A DNA stretch of 32,000 nucleotides from Isachenkonia alkalipeptolytica (lineage in GTDB: Bacteria; Bacillota; Clostridia; Peptostreptococcales; T1SED10-28): contig NZ_SUMG01000023.1 of the NCBI RefSeq assembly GCF_009910325.1, positions 5,141 to 37,140 of the forward strand. The letters run 5' to 3'. The position numbers were made by a program, and so were the translations under genes. A model generated the notes under the pieces. The model was not told the origin of the DNA, made no database searches, and was given only the letters and a program-made list of their open reading frames with translations. This document shows positions 1-8,089 of the stretch, in pieces. Numbering within the stretch: the stretch's first letter is position 1; the number at the start of each line of letters is the position of its first letter.

Positions 1-586
1 TTTCATAAAGATTTACTCCGTCCCCCAGGAAAAGAATTTTTCCCTCCAACTGCGCCGCTTCTTCAATCAGATCCCGGACTTTTATAACCTTAGTGTCCAT
101 TAATGCCCGTAGGCGTGGTTCACTGTCGTCGCCACTGTGTTGATCCATAGTAGCCCCGTTGCAATTGGACTGCGGCTCATGCTCCGTATTCTCCGCCCTT
201 CGATAGCGAAAAAAGCCGGCGTATACCTGCTCTCGCTGAGCGTCCATAATGGGACAGATGATCCGATCCGTCGGGGCAATGCCTGCCGCTAAGACCTCCG
301 GTGCCGACAGACCCACCACCGGCTTATTTAAGGCCTCCGCCATGCCTTTTACGGCGCTGATGCCGATTCGAAGGCCGGTAAAGGCCCCGGGTCCCACAGT
401 TACCCCGAAAACATCGATATCTTCCGGGGTCAGGTTTACACTTTGAAAGGCCGCCTCAATCATGGGCATTAAATTCTCCGAGTGGGTTTTTTTATCGTTC
501 AGCGTGTTTTCCAACAACACTTTCCCATCCTCCAAAATTCCGATGGTGGCGATCTTCGAGGAGGTATCCAGGGCAAAAATCTTCAT
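1..586 (-). CDS. tsaB: tRNA t6A biosynthesis protein TsaB (YeaZ); 3' end cut by the window edge
   Basis: The minus-strand frame is open from position 1 to the ATG at 586-584. It is absent from the ORF track because it runs off the edge. My translation starts MKIFALDTSSKIATIGILEDGKV and contains GVTVGPGAFTGLRIG, which is typical of TsaB. Its start overlaps the tsaE stop as ATGA. Confidence 0.85.
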   Translation of the reverse strand, partial: MKIFALDTSSKIATIGILEDGKVLLENTLNDKKTHSENLMPMIEAAFQSVNLTPEDIDVFGVTVGPGAFTGLRIGISAVKGMAEALNKPVVGLSAPEVLAAGIAPTDRIICPIMDAQREQVYAGFFRYRRAENTEHEPQSNCNGATMDQHSGDDSEPRLRALMDTKVIKVRDLIEEAAQLEGKILFLGDGVNLYE

Positions 587-1077
587 GATCTCAACTCCTT
601 CAGCCAGTTTTTATGCAAAATTGTCCGACCTTTGATGATGACTTTTCTTATGGTGGGGCCTTCAGAGAGAATTTCAATCCAGAGAGACTCCGTGGGAATC
701 AGATCCTTAATCATATCCGCCCATTCGATAATGGTGACCCCTTTTCCGAAAAAGTATTCCTCATAACCGATTTCTTCCAGCTCCAGGGGATCATCAATCC
801 GGTAGACATCGAAATGATATAGGGGGATTTTCCCCTGATACTCCTGAAGGATGGTAAAGGTGGGACTGGTGATGTGTTCCTCAATTTCCATACCCAGGGC
901 GAAGGCCTTGGTAAATGTGGTTTTTCCCGCTCCCAGATCCCCGGTAAGGCAGATGATATCCCCGGCTTCTGCAAGTCTTCCGAAGGTCTGTGCCAGAGTT
1001 TCCAGCCCCGGCTGATCCAGTTCCAGTTCCGCCCGGAAAGTTTTGTTTTTTTCTTCTATATTAATGATTTGCTGCAT
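583..1077 (-). CDS. tsaE: tRNA t6A biosynthesis ATPase TsaE (YjeE)
   Basis: 164-aa ORF with the P-loop GDLGAGKTTFTK and the motifs SPTFTI..Y and HFDVYR. An AAGGAG RBS lies upstream of the ATG at 1077. It is translationally coupled to tsaB. Confidence 0.9.
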   Translation of the reverse strand: MQQIINIEEKNKTFRAELELDQPGLETLAQTFGRLAEAGDIICLTGDLGAGKTTFTKAFALGMEIEEHITSPTFTILQEYQGKIPLYHFDVYRIDDPLELEEIGYEEYFFGKGVTIIEWADMIKDLIPTESLWIEILSEGPTIRKVIIKGRTILHKNWLKELRS

Positions 1078-1180
1078 TTTATCGACTCCTTAGGGCTGCG
1101 GTATTTCCGTACGCACAACCATATATTGATTTAATTAGTACTCTTGCTACTGTTGGGGATTACATGATTGTTATTATCAT

Positions 1181-1380
1181 CTTATTGGCTGTTTTATTAC
1201 ATTATTAGCTGTCGTATTGTATTATTGGCTGTCGTATTGTATTATTGGCTGTCGTATTGTATTATTGGCTGTCCTATTGTATTATTGGCTGTCCTATTGT
1301 ATTATTGGCTGTCGTATCATATTATTGGCTGTCCTATTATATTATTGGCTGTCGTATTGTATTATTGACTGTCCTATTAT
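1181..1380. repeat. Tandem array of 10 units with an exact 20-bp period, consensus ATTATTGGCTGTCGTATTGT
   Basis: Read directly. Units start at 1181, 1201 and so on up to 1361, and differ only by point variants (gtcG/gtcC, ttgt/ttat/tcat). The array lies between the GNAT terminator and the tsaE start. Confidence 0.95.
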
Positions 1381-1474
1381 ATTTTTTCCTATCACACGCT
1401 TCCGGGATTCTCTCTTTTTTAGTCTCCAAGTATACTTCATTTTATCACATTTTTACAGATTTTAAAGATGCAAT

Positions 1475-1510
1475 GAAAAAACCCCCTCTAATCCGCCCTC
1501 TAAAGGGGGT
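1475..1510 (-). terminator. Rho-independent terminator downstream of the GNAT gene
   Basis: On the minus strand the stem ACCCCCT ... AGGGGGT is followed by TTTTTT (plus-strand A-run 1475-1481). Confidence 0.6.
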
Positions 1511-1559
1511 CATTCGGGGGTTGATGGGTGTTTTTCCGGAGCAAACCGCTGATGGGTCC

Positions 1560-1982
1560 TTATTGCTTCGGACCGACGCCCTGTTGGTTATGGAAATTTC
1601 GCTGCACCATGCCGAAGGATTTATACATCCCCAGCTCTTCGTAAAAGGGTTGTTTTTCGTTGTCACAGGTAAGATCCACCATATAAAACTCCTGCAACTC
1701 GTTTAACATATGTTTTGCCAACTCTTGACCGATCCGTTTGCCTTGATAGCCTTCCACCACTTCCAAAAGCGGTATGTAACAAGTAAGAATTCCATCACTG
1801 ATGGCATTGATAAAACCCACTATTTCATTTTTTTCCCGGTCCACCGCTACAAAGACCCGGTAGCTGTTTTCTAAGACTCTCCGGTGGGTTTTCTCACTGG
1901 GAGGATTCGGCCATCCTTTAAAAAACCCCTTCGCAAAGGGAATCTCCTTTGTGGTTTCGTCATATCGCTTATATTCAATCAT
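1560..1982 (-). CDS. GNAT-family N-acetyltransferase
   Basis: The ORF has a GNAT acetyl-CoA motif region (VVEGYQGKRIGQELAKHML). I prefer the ATG at 1982 (MIEYKRYD), which has a GGGAG upstream, over the TTG at 2003 used in the ORF track. Confidence 0.8.
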   Translation of the reverse strand: MIEYKRYDETTKEIPFAKGFFKGWPNPPSEKTHRRVLENSYRVFVAVDREKNEIVGFINAISDGILTCYIPLLEVVEGYQGKRIGQELAKHMLNELQEFYMVDLTCDNEKQPFYEELGMYKSFGMVQRNFHNQQGVGPKQ

Positions 1983-2008
1983 CGTCTCACACTCCCATAT
2001 CAATTTAA

Positions 2009-2569
2009 TTATACCGGTGTTTTCTTAAGGTCGGGCATTTCCCGCTGCAGATACTCTCTAGCATAGGCTTCATCGGCGATCCAGTCGTACATCGTGGTTT
2101 TCGGAATAATGACAGGCATCCGATGATGGATTTCAATGGAAGGATTGGCCTCGGTGGTAAGGATCACAAAGCTCGGGACCCGGTCAAAGATTCGCCAGAT
2201 TCCGGCTAGATACAGGGGCTTGGCTTCCGCTCCCTGAAAGAGGTACTTTCGTTTTCGCCCCTTTTCGTCCAGATCCTTGCTGTCCCATTCGTAAAAGCCG
2301 CTGGCGGGAATAATGCAGCGCTGAGTTTTAAAGGATTTTTGAAACATGGGCTTTTCCGCAACGGACTCGGAACGGGCATTGATGATGGGCCGTTTGTTTC
2401 GAAAATTCGGAAACCCCCAATGGTATAAATCCGCCTGTCCTTTTCCCAGGATTACCGGCGCTTCGTTGGTGGGAAATATTTCCCCGACCTTCAGTCTTTC
2501 TTCCACATCTTTAATCACCGATAGGAGATCCTGAAAATCCCCGGGTTCAAAATGATAACGTCCACACAT
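2009..2569 (-). CDS. SOS response-associated peptidase (SRAP/YedK family; forms DNA-protein crosslinks at abasic sites)
   Basis: The internal start MCGRY places the catalytic Cys at residue 2, which is the family hallmark. A GGAAAGGAGAGGG RBS precedes the ATG at 2569. The 21-aa extension in the ORF track is probably spurious. Confidence 0.85.
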   Translation of the reverse strand: MCGRYHFEPGDFQDLLSVIKDVEERLKVGEIFPTNEAPVILGKGQADLYHWGFPNFRNKRPIINARSESVAEKPMFQKSFKTQRCIIPASGFYEWDSKDLDEKGRKRKYLFQGAEAKPLYLAGIWRIFDRVPSFVILTTEANPSIEIHHRMPVIIPKTTMYDWIADEAYAREYLQREMPDLKKTPV

Positions 2570-2593
2570 GGTACCCTCTCCTTTCCTATACAA

Positions 2594-2607
2594 GCGAACA
2601 CCCGTTA
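2594..2607 (-). promoter_or_regulatory. Candidate LexA (Cheo-type) box with one mismatch
   Basis: The minus strand reads CTAAC-GGGT-GTTCG, against the Firmicute consensus CGAAC-N4-GTTCG. It lies about 25 nt upstream of the SRAP start. Only one site is present, so support is weak. Confidence 0.3.
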
Positions 2608-2840
2608 GTGAACCGCCCCTGACTGCAGTCATCAGAATCCGCGGCGACTTTTTTCACTTGTTGAGATGCCCCCCGGTATTCCCCTGTTAGAAATATACAT
2701 ATCCCATCAAATTAAAGTTAAACAAATTTTTAACAATATATTTACATATTACTTTTTAACCCATAAGAAGGCAAGGATTTTTTTATTAAAATCCGCCGGG
2801 AAAGAACCGGGTTCGATGGAGACGGCCTGGATACGGTGAG

Positions 2841-2950
2841 ATTTGTCACGTTGCCGCCGGTTTTATCACGCTGCCAAAAGGCCTGCACGCTACCGCCAGT
2901 TTATCACACTGCCATAAGGCCTGCCACGCTACCGCCGGGTTTGCCACGCC
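2841..2950. repeat. Degenerate tandem array with a ~20-bp subunit and ~39-bp higher-order unit (TTTATCACGCTGCCAAAAG / GCCTGCACGCTACCGCCAG)
   Basis: Read directly. There are about 5.5 subunits, alternating between two types. Confidence 0.8.
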
Positions 2951-2968
2951 TAATTTGCTTCAAAAAGC

Positions 2969-3004
2969 AAAAAAGCCCAGGAGACCTGTTGCGATTTCCT
3001 AAGC
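2969..3004 (-). terminator. Rho-independent terminator downstream of ribU
   Basis: On the minus strand GCUUAGGA ... UCCUGGGC forms 8 bp (two U-G pairs) and is followed by UUUUUU. Confidence 0.55.
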
Positions 3005-3038
3005 TTTCGATATTTTTCCTATCTTACCTTTAACTTTC

Positions 3039-3662
3039 CTATTTGCTCTTTAATAAGGGAGCAATATTTTTGTATATCAGCATCGTTACAGCACCGATAA
3101 TGATCCCTTTAAACAGGTTGAAAGGGGTAACACCGTATAGCACTAGGGTTGGTACATCCACGATCCTGGAGTTTACCGCAGTACCCATTTCTACGATGGC
3201 ATCGATGGGCATAAAGTTGGCGTAGAAAGGAATTAAAATATAGATATTCGCAATCGCACCCACAATCGCCATGGATATGGCTCCTACCACAATACCGATC
3301 ATTGCGTTCTTTCGGGTTTTATTCATGTGATAGATATAGGCTGCGGGAAACACTAAGGCTGATCCCACAAGGAAGTTTGCGAAACTTCCAACCCCTCCGG
3401 TACTGGAGTTGGTCATAAAGTGCAGAAATGCCTTGACCATTTGAATGATCACCCCTGCAACAGGACCTAGGGCAAATCCCCCGATCAGTGCCGGCACATC
3501 GCTTAAGTCAAGTTTTAAAAATGCAGGAAAGATCGGTATGGGAAAATCGATAATCATCAGCACATAAGCCATAACCGAAAGTATGGCCATTTTCACCATG
3601 CTGTTGGTTGAAGATAGGGTTGCCTTAAAGCCTAAGGTTTTTTGTCTTTCTGTGTTTTCCAT
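3039..3662 (-). CDS. ribU: Riboflavin transporter; ECF-type S component RibU/FmnP
   Basis: 207-aa polytopic membrane protein containing the RibU-like segment FLKLDLSDVPALIGGFALGPVAG. It sits directly behind an FMN riboswitch. Confidence 0.85.
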   Translation of the reverse strand: MENTERQKTLGFKATLSSTNSMVKMAILSVMAYVLMIIDFPIPIFPAFLKLDLSDVPALIGGFALGPVAGVIIQMVKAFLHFMTNSSTGGVGSFANFLVGSALVFPAAYIYHMNKTRKNAMIGIVVGAISMAIVGAIANIYILIPFYANFMPIDAIVEMGTAVNSRIVDVPTLVLYGVTPFNLFKGIIIGAVTMLIYKNIAPLLKSK

Positions 3663-3720
3663 TGTTGTATTCCTCCTTAAATTTTTTTAAAGAGGGATCT
3701 GAAGGAAGTGGTCGGTAATT

Positions 3721-3749
3721 AAAAAATCCGAAGAGAAAATCTCTTCGGA
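3721..3749 (-). terminator. Terminator hairpin of the FMN riboswitch expression platform
   Basis: On the minus strand UCCGAAGAG-AUUUU-CUCUUCGGA is followed by U6. It lies between the aptamer and the ribU RBS. Confidence 0.7.
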
Positions 3750-3799
3750 AATGGGTTCGACTTCTGCAATTAGGCGACTTTAAGCAGCCTAAAAGCATC

Positions 3800-3925
3800 T
3801 TCCTCTTCTCCCATCCAGACTCTACTGTCGGTATCGGAATTACACCGATTCCATCGATTGATCAATCGATTCGCGGACTGTCACCGCCGGTCGGGAATTT
3901 CACCCTGCCCCGAAGAATAAATCAT
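3800..3925 (-). promoter_or_regulatory. FMN riboswitch (RFN element) aptamer
   Basis: The minus strand reads UUCUUCGGGGCAGGGUGAAAUUCCCGACCGGCGGUGACAGUCCGCGA ... CCGACAGUAGAGUCUGGAUGGGAGAAG. This matches the conserved RFN core almost nucleotide for nucleotide. Confidence 0.92.
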
Positions 3926-3947
3926 TATTCAACTTTGTTACAATTTT

Positions 3948-3976
3948 ATTATAACGAGAACCGTGGAGTTTTGCAA
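3948..3976 (-). promoter_or_regulatory. Sigma-A promoter for the riboswitch-ribU unit
   Basis: On the minus strand, TTGCAA, a 17-nt spacer, then TATAAT. It lies about 20 nt upstream of the start of the aptamer. Confidence 0.7.
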
Positions 3977-4003
3977 GGGTTTTTTGATAATTATTATTGC
4001 TTG

Positions 4004-4052
4004 AAAAAAACAACGGCTTCAAAAGCAGGATTTCCCCGCAAAAGAAGCCGTT
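4004..4052 (-). terminator. Rho-independent terminator downstream of the amidohydrolase gene
   Basis: On the minus strand the stem AACGGCUUC ... GAAGCCGUU is followed by GUUUUUUU. Confidence 0.7.
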
Positions 4053-4074
4053 TTGGAAGGTTCTTTATAGCCTT

Positions 4075-5232
4075 TTACCCTTCGTATACCACTTCACCGT
4101 CGATAATCGTTACGGCCACCTTCGCCTGAATATCCAAGGGATTTTTATCCCAAAGTACCAAGTCCGCGTCTTTTCCGGCTTTGATACTACCCAAACGGCT
4201 GTCCATGCCTAAAATTTCCGCGGGATAAATGGTGATGGATTTCAATGCTTCCAGCTCATCCATACCGGATTTTACCGCCAGGGCTGCAGCCATGGGAAGG
4301 CTTTCGATTGGAATTACGGGATGGTCCGTCATAATGGCAACCTTCACCCCTGCCCGGTTAAGAATCCCCGGGGTTTCAAAGGTTTTGTTTTTCAGCTCAA
4401 ACTTGGTGTTGTGGCCAAAGCTCGGTCCAACCACCGCGGTGAGTTCTTCTTTTTTGATCACATCTGCAATCAGATGCCCTTCCGTGCAATGTTCCAATGT
4501 AATCTTCGTGTTAAATTCCTTAGCAATTCGAATCGCCGTTAAAATGTCGTCGGCTCGATGAGCATGGGCTTTTAAGGGCACCTTTCGCTCCAGAACCGGT
4601 AACAGGGCTTCCATTTTCATATCAAAGGCCGGCAGTTTTGTCTTGTCCAGTCCCGCCTCTTCCTTTTTCTCTCTGTAAGACTTCGCCTTCAGAAGGTTTT
4701 CCCGAAGAACCGCTGCCGTGGCCATTCGAGTCATGGGAGAGGTTTTCTTCTCCGCATATACCCGCTTTGGATTTTCTCCGAAGGCAATTTTCATGGCATT
4801 ATACTCTTCTATGATCATATCATCGATGTAGTCTCCGTGGGTCTTAATCACCGCAAATTGTCCCCCAATGACATTGGCACTCCCGGGACCGGTAGCCGTG
4901 GAGGTAATCCCTCCCATTACCGCATCCTTAAAGGTTTTATCCATGGGATTGATCCCGTCAATGGCCCGTAGGTGGGGCGTCGAAGGATCTGTCATTTCAT
5001 TCACATCGTTGCCCTCAAAACCGATGGCGTCTTCAAATAAACCTAAATGGGAGTGGGCGTCGATCATTCCCGGCATCAGTATTTTTCCTTCTCCGTCAAT
5101 TACTTTTGCCCCATCCGGAGCATCCAGGTTCTCTCCCACTTCCTGTACTTTCCCATCCTTTACCAGAACGTCCCCTTTTTCGAGAACGTCGCCTTCCATG
5201 GTGAAGACCTTTGCATTTTGAATTAAAATCAT
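4075..5232 (-). CDS. Metal-dependent amidohydrolase (imidazolonepropionase-like superfamily)
   Basis: 385-aa ORF with the N-terminal metal-binding motif PGMIDAHSHLG and a C-terminal GSIKAGKDADLVLWD motif. An AAAGGAGAG RBS is present. Confidence 0.85.
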   Translation of the reverse strand: MILIQNAKVFTMEGDVLEKGDVLVKDGKVQEVGENLDAPDGAKVIDGEGKILMPGMIDAHSHLGLFEDAIGFEGNDVNEMTDPSTPHLRAIDGINPMDKTFKDAVMGGITSTATGPGSANVIGGQFAVIKTHGDYIDDMIIEEYNAMKIAFGENPKRVYAEKKTSPMTRMATAAVLRENLLKAKSYREKKEEAGLDKTKLPAFDMKMEALLPVLERKVPLKAHAHRADDILTAIRIAKEFNTKITLEHCTEGHLIADVIKKEELTAVVGPSFGHNTKFELKNKTFETPGILNRAGVKVAIMTDHPVIPIESLPMAAALAVKSGMDELEALKSITIYPAEILGMDSRLGSIKAGKDADLVLWDKNPLDIQAKVAVTIIDGEVVYEG

Positions 5233-5345
5233 AGGTTAATCTCTCCTTTTAGTTAGAATTATATAAATCTTTTGTCATCATATTAATTATTTTATATGAT
5301 TCGGAGGATTATTACAAGAAGTATTTCGGATATCAAAATATCCGC

Positions 5346-5421
5346 AAAAATGTACCAGGGGGTCGGACCTTGTGGTACACTTTTTTTGTACCACAGGGTC
5401 CGACCCCCTGGTACACTTTTT
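5346..5421. repeat. Dispersed palindromic (REP-like) element, locus 1; two tandem copies
   Basis: GTACCAGGGGGTCGGACCTTGTGGTACAC (5352-5380), then T7, then GTACCACAGGGTCCGACCCCCTGGTACAC (5388-5416). The pair is flanked by A5 and T5. The same core occurs at three other loci. Confidence 0.9.
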
Positions 5422-5541
5422 GTCCTTATTTCCCTTCGGTTTTTTGGCAGCACCATGAAATATCTGTTATAATAGTAATGGAAATTTACGTTATTAGGAT
5501 GCAATTATAAAAATTAATGAATAAAGAAAGGAAGAAATTCT

Positions 5542-6267
5542 ATGATCAAGGCTGCAGAAAGCGATACAAAAAAAGAGTTTCCTATAAAAACCAAAAAGAA
5601 GGTAAGTGCCGAAGTATGGGCCCGCCGATTGCTAATTTATATCTCCGGCTTATTTTTGCTGGCCATGGGTGTGGCCTTTTCCATTAAGTCGGGGCTGGGA
5701 GTCTCCCCGGTATCTTCTTTCCCCTACGCCTTAAGTCTTGTTTTTAACATGGATGTGGGGCTTCTTAGCACCATTGTCTTTTCCTTTTATGTAGTGCTTC
5801 AAATTGTGCTGCTACGACGAAACTTCCAGTTGAAAAACTTATTTCAGTTGGCTATTGCCAGTCTATTCGGCTTCTTTGTAAGCCTGTCCAACACCATAAT
5901 AGCACCCCTGTCGCCGGTGGGGTATTTTTCACAACTGGCCCTGTTGGGCATCAGTTTGGTGCTGATTGCCATCGGTATTATTTTTTATCTGGCGGCCAAT
6001 GTGATCCCTCAACCTCCGGAAGGTTTGGTGCTGGCCCTGCAAAAGGTAACCAAGGTTCCATTTTCCAAGGTGAAGGTAATGTTTGATGTAACCAGCGTCT
6101 CTTTGGCAGGTTTGTTGTTGATATTCTTTCACGGCAATGTGGTCGGTCTTAGAGAGGGAACGGTGATCGCAGCCCTTGGCGTCGGTAAACTAATCGGGAT
6201 ATTCTCCAAATGGATTAAGCCCCCGGTACTGCGGTTTTGCAAAAATGATATAGTTGAGAAAGAATAG
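5542..6267 (+). CDS. YczE/YyaS/YitT-family (DUF6198-like) membrane protein
   Basis: 241-aa polytopic protein with the family-typical segment GLFLLAMGVAFSIKSGLGVSPVSS. The family name is from memory and is unverified. Confidence 0.75.
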   Translation: MIKAAESDTKKEFPIKTKKKVSAEVWARRLLIYISGLFLLAMGVAFSIKSGLGVSPVSSFPYALSLVFNMDVGLLSTIVFSFYVVLQIVLLRRNFQLKNLFQLAIASLFGFFVSLSNTIIAPLSPVGYFSQLALLGISLVLIAIGIIFYLAANVIPQPPEGLVLALQKVTKVPFSKVKVMFDVTSVSLAGLLLIFFHGNVVGLREGTVIAALGVGKLIGIFSKWIKPPVLRFCKNDIVEKE

Positions 6268-6314
6268 CCTAAAGATAACCAAAGATAGCCAACGATAGTC
6301 CAAAATAGCCCAAA
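6263..6314. repeat. 10-bp-period tandem array of about 5 units (AATAGCCTAA / AGATAACCAA / AGATAGCCAA / CGATAGTCCA / AAATAGCCCA)
   Basis: Read directly. The array begins at the stop codon of the upstream plus-strand gene. Confidence 0.7.
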
Positions 6315-6364
6315 GGGGACGGAGGCGTTTGAGTCACGATGACACAAACACCCCCGTCCCCTTT
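6312..6364. terminator. Long hairpin between convergent genes; probable bidirectional terminator
   Basis: AAAGGGGACGGAGGCGTTTG (6312-6331) pairs with CAAACACCCCCGTCCCCTTT (6345-6364) at 18 of 20 positions. On the minus-strand RNA the two mismatches become G-U pairs. T-rich sequence follows on the plus strand. Confidence 0.65.
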
Positions 6365-6404
6365 GAGATTTTTGAGCTCTTTGAGCTATGGGCAATTTTT
6401 GAGG

Positions 6405-7829
6405 CTATTTTTCTTTCAAGTCGAAGTAAATATTTTTACAGCGGGTTTCTTTGACGAAAAAGGTTGCGATAAAGCCGATCAGTACGGCAATGAAGCAATA
6501 GAGAAAGGCCCGCTGATAAATCTCTTGGTAAGACCAGATACCGACGTAGGTATCAAACACACTTCCGATCATCGTGGGCAGCACCGCACCCCCTAAAAAG
6601 CCGCCGATGTTTACTATACTCATGGCAATTCCTGCAAGGGCGGGGTGATTCACTTCTTTGGCACAGGCCCAGCCTAAGATGAATGCCGCACAACTGAAGC
6701 CTAATATGAAAAACAGGGGATACAAAATCCCCACGGGAGGCATGCCCCCGTTACTGAATACAATGATGCCCCAGGTTAACAGATACACTCCGGCAAAGAT
6801 CACCATAGGGGATTTTCGTCTCTTGACCCGGTCGGAAATTTTCCCGATTACAATCCCGCCGATGGCCAGACCGAAGACCGCAGCGGTTAAATAATTCGGC
6901 GCCGATGCCGGGTCCATTCCGTAAACATCCACTAAGTAGCTCTGTCCCCAGGTGCCGGTCAGCACCACAAAGGATCCGAAAAAACCGGTAAATCCGATAA
7001 ATGCCGGCCAGGTAAGGCGGTTTTTAAGGGCTCCCAGCAGTCCCTGGATGATCGTCGGCCGTTTTGTAGCGCCTTCACCTTCTTTGTTCTCTGCCTGATT
7101 CTTCACCCCTTCTTCTTGGTAGGGTTCCAAAGTTTTTACATCTTCTCCGGAATCATCCCCGGATCGATCCAACTCTTTTTGAATCTGTTTAATCGATGGC
7201 AGACCCATATCCTTCGGCGTATTTCGAATGATGAGGTAGGAAAGCAGGGCAATCCCCAAGGTCATAACCCCGATGGCCACAAAAGTGCTTCGCCAGGTGA
7301 AATAAGCCACCATTAAGGCCAGAGGCGTTTGGGCAATGACCCCACCCATATTTCCCACAAAGGTGGTCAGCCCGGACATGGTAGCGAATTCCCGCTCATA
7401 GTACCACTCACTGAGGACTTTCAAGACCGCGATAAACACTACGGAAACCCCCAGTCCCACCAACAGTCTCCCCACAAATAAGAGGGCCACCGTCGGTGCC
7501 AGTCCGAAAATCACCGATCCGATGCCGGCAAAGAGCATTCCCACAGTAACGGTTTTCCGGGCTCCCAGAGAGTCCGCCAGAATTCCCGACGGAATTTGCA
7601 TCAGCATATAGGCATAGAAGTAGGTACCGGAAATATTGGCAAAGGTAGTTCCCGTGATTCCGAAGGCCTCCACCAGATCCTGACGCACAACTCCGGCTGC
7701 CAGCCGATGAAAAAACACCACCAGATAAGCCAGGGCCAAAACCCCCCAGATTGCCCACCGGTAACGGGTTACTTTTCGAATATCCTCGGGATTTATGGGA
7801 TTTTCCTGTGTTCGTAAGTTCTCTTCCAT
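6405..7829 (-). CDS. MFS transporter with an acidic central cytoplasmic loop
   Basis: 474 aa with about 12 predicted TM segments and the MFS motif GILADSLGARK. The central loop reads DRSGDDSGEDVKTLEPYQEEGVKNQAENKEGEG. Confidence 0.9.
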   Translation of the reverse strand: MEENLRTQENPINPEDIRKVTRYRWAIWGVLALAYLVVFFHRLAAGVVRQDLVEAFGITGTTFANISGTYFYAYMLMQIPSGILADSLGARKTVTVGMLFAGIGSVIFGLAPTVALLFVGRLLVGLGVSVVFIAVLKVLSEWYYEREFATMSGLTTFVGNMGGVIAQTPLALMVAYFTWRSTFVAIGVMTLGIALLSYLIIRNTPKDMGLPSIKQIQKELDRSGDDSGEDVKTLEPYQEEGVKNQAENKEGEGATKRPTIIQGLLGALKNRLTWPAFIGFTGFFGSFVVLTGTWGQSYLVDVYGMDPASAPNYLTAAVFGLAIGGIVIGKISDRVKRRKSPMVIFAGVYLLTWGIIVFSNGGMPPVGILYPLFFILGFSCAAFILGWACAKEVNHPALAGIAMSIVNIGGFLGGAVLPTMIGSVFDTYVGIWSYQEIYQRAFLYCFIAVLIGFIATFFVKETRCKNIYFDLKEK

Positions 7830-7872
7830 CTTGATCTTCCCCTTATTATAAGTTCTTCAAATTGTAGCGGCT

Positions 7873-7980
7873 CATTATGCTATGTCTTTTCAACATGCTA
7901 TATCTTCTCAATATGCTATACCTCTCATTATCCTATGCCTTCCCAATATGCAATGTCTGCTCCTTTTACTATACCTGCTC
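7873..7980. repeat. Degenerate tandem array of about 6 units with a 16-20 bp period (core ATATGCTATA(C/T)CT(C/T)TC)
   Basis: Read directly. It lies between the tex stop and the MFS start. Confidence 0.7.
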
Positions 7981-8089
7981 TTTGGGGGCTAAGAAATCGG
8001 GAGAGTTCGGACTTCAGTACAAGAAACCTAACACAACTTTCCCTTGGATTCTTATGAATCAAATACCTCCGTCCCCTTCGGTATATGGT

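Noticed and set aside
1168-1706. Three overlapping plus-strand ORFs (66-153 aa) translating to YYWLSYCIIGC-type repeats
   Set aside because: They are open only because the 20-bp tandem array lacks stop codons. All three frames are open at once, there is no RBS, and the composition is repetitive. They are not coding.
5292-5504. Small ORFs spanning the palindromic elements, also at 17392-17611 and 27398-27673
   Set aside because: The recurring peptide strings (VPGGRTPWYK and similar) simply reflect translation of the repeated palindrome on both strands. No RBS is present and the context is intergenic.
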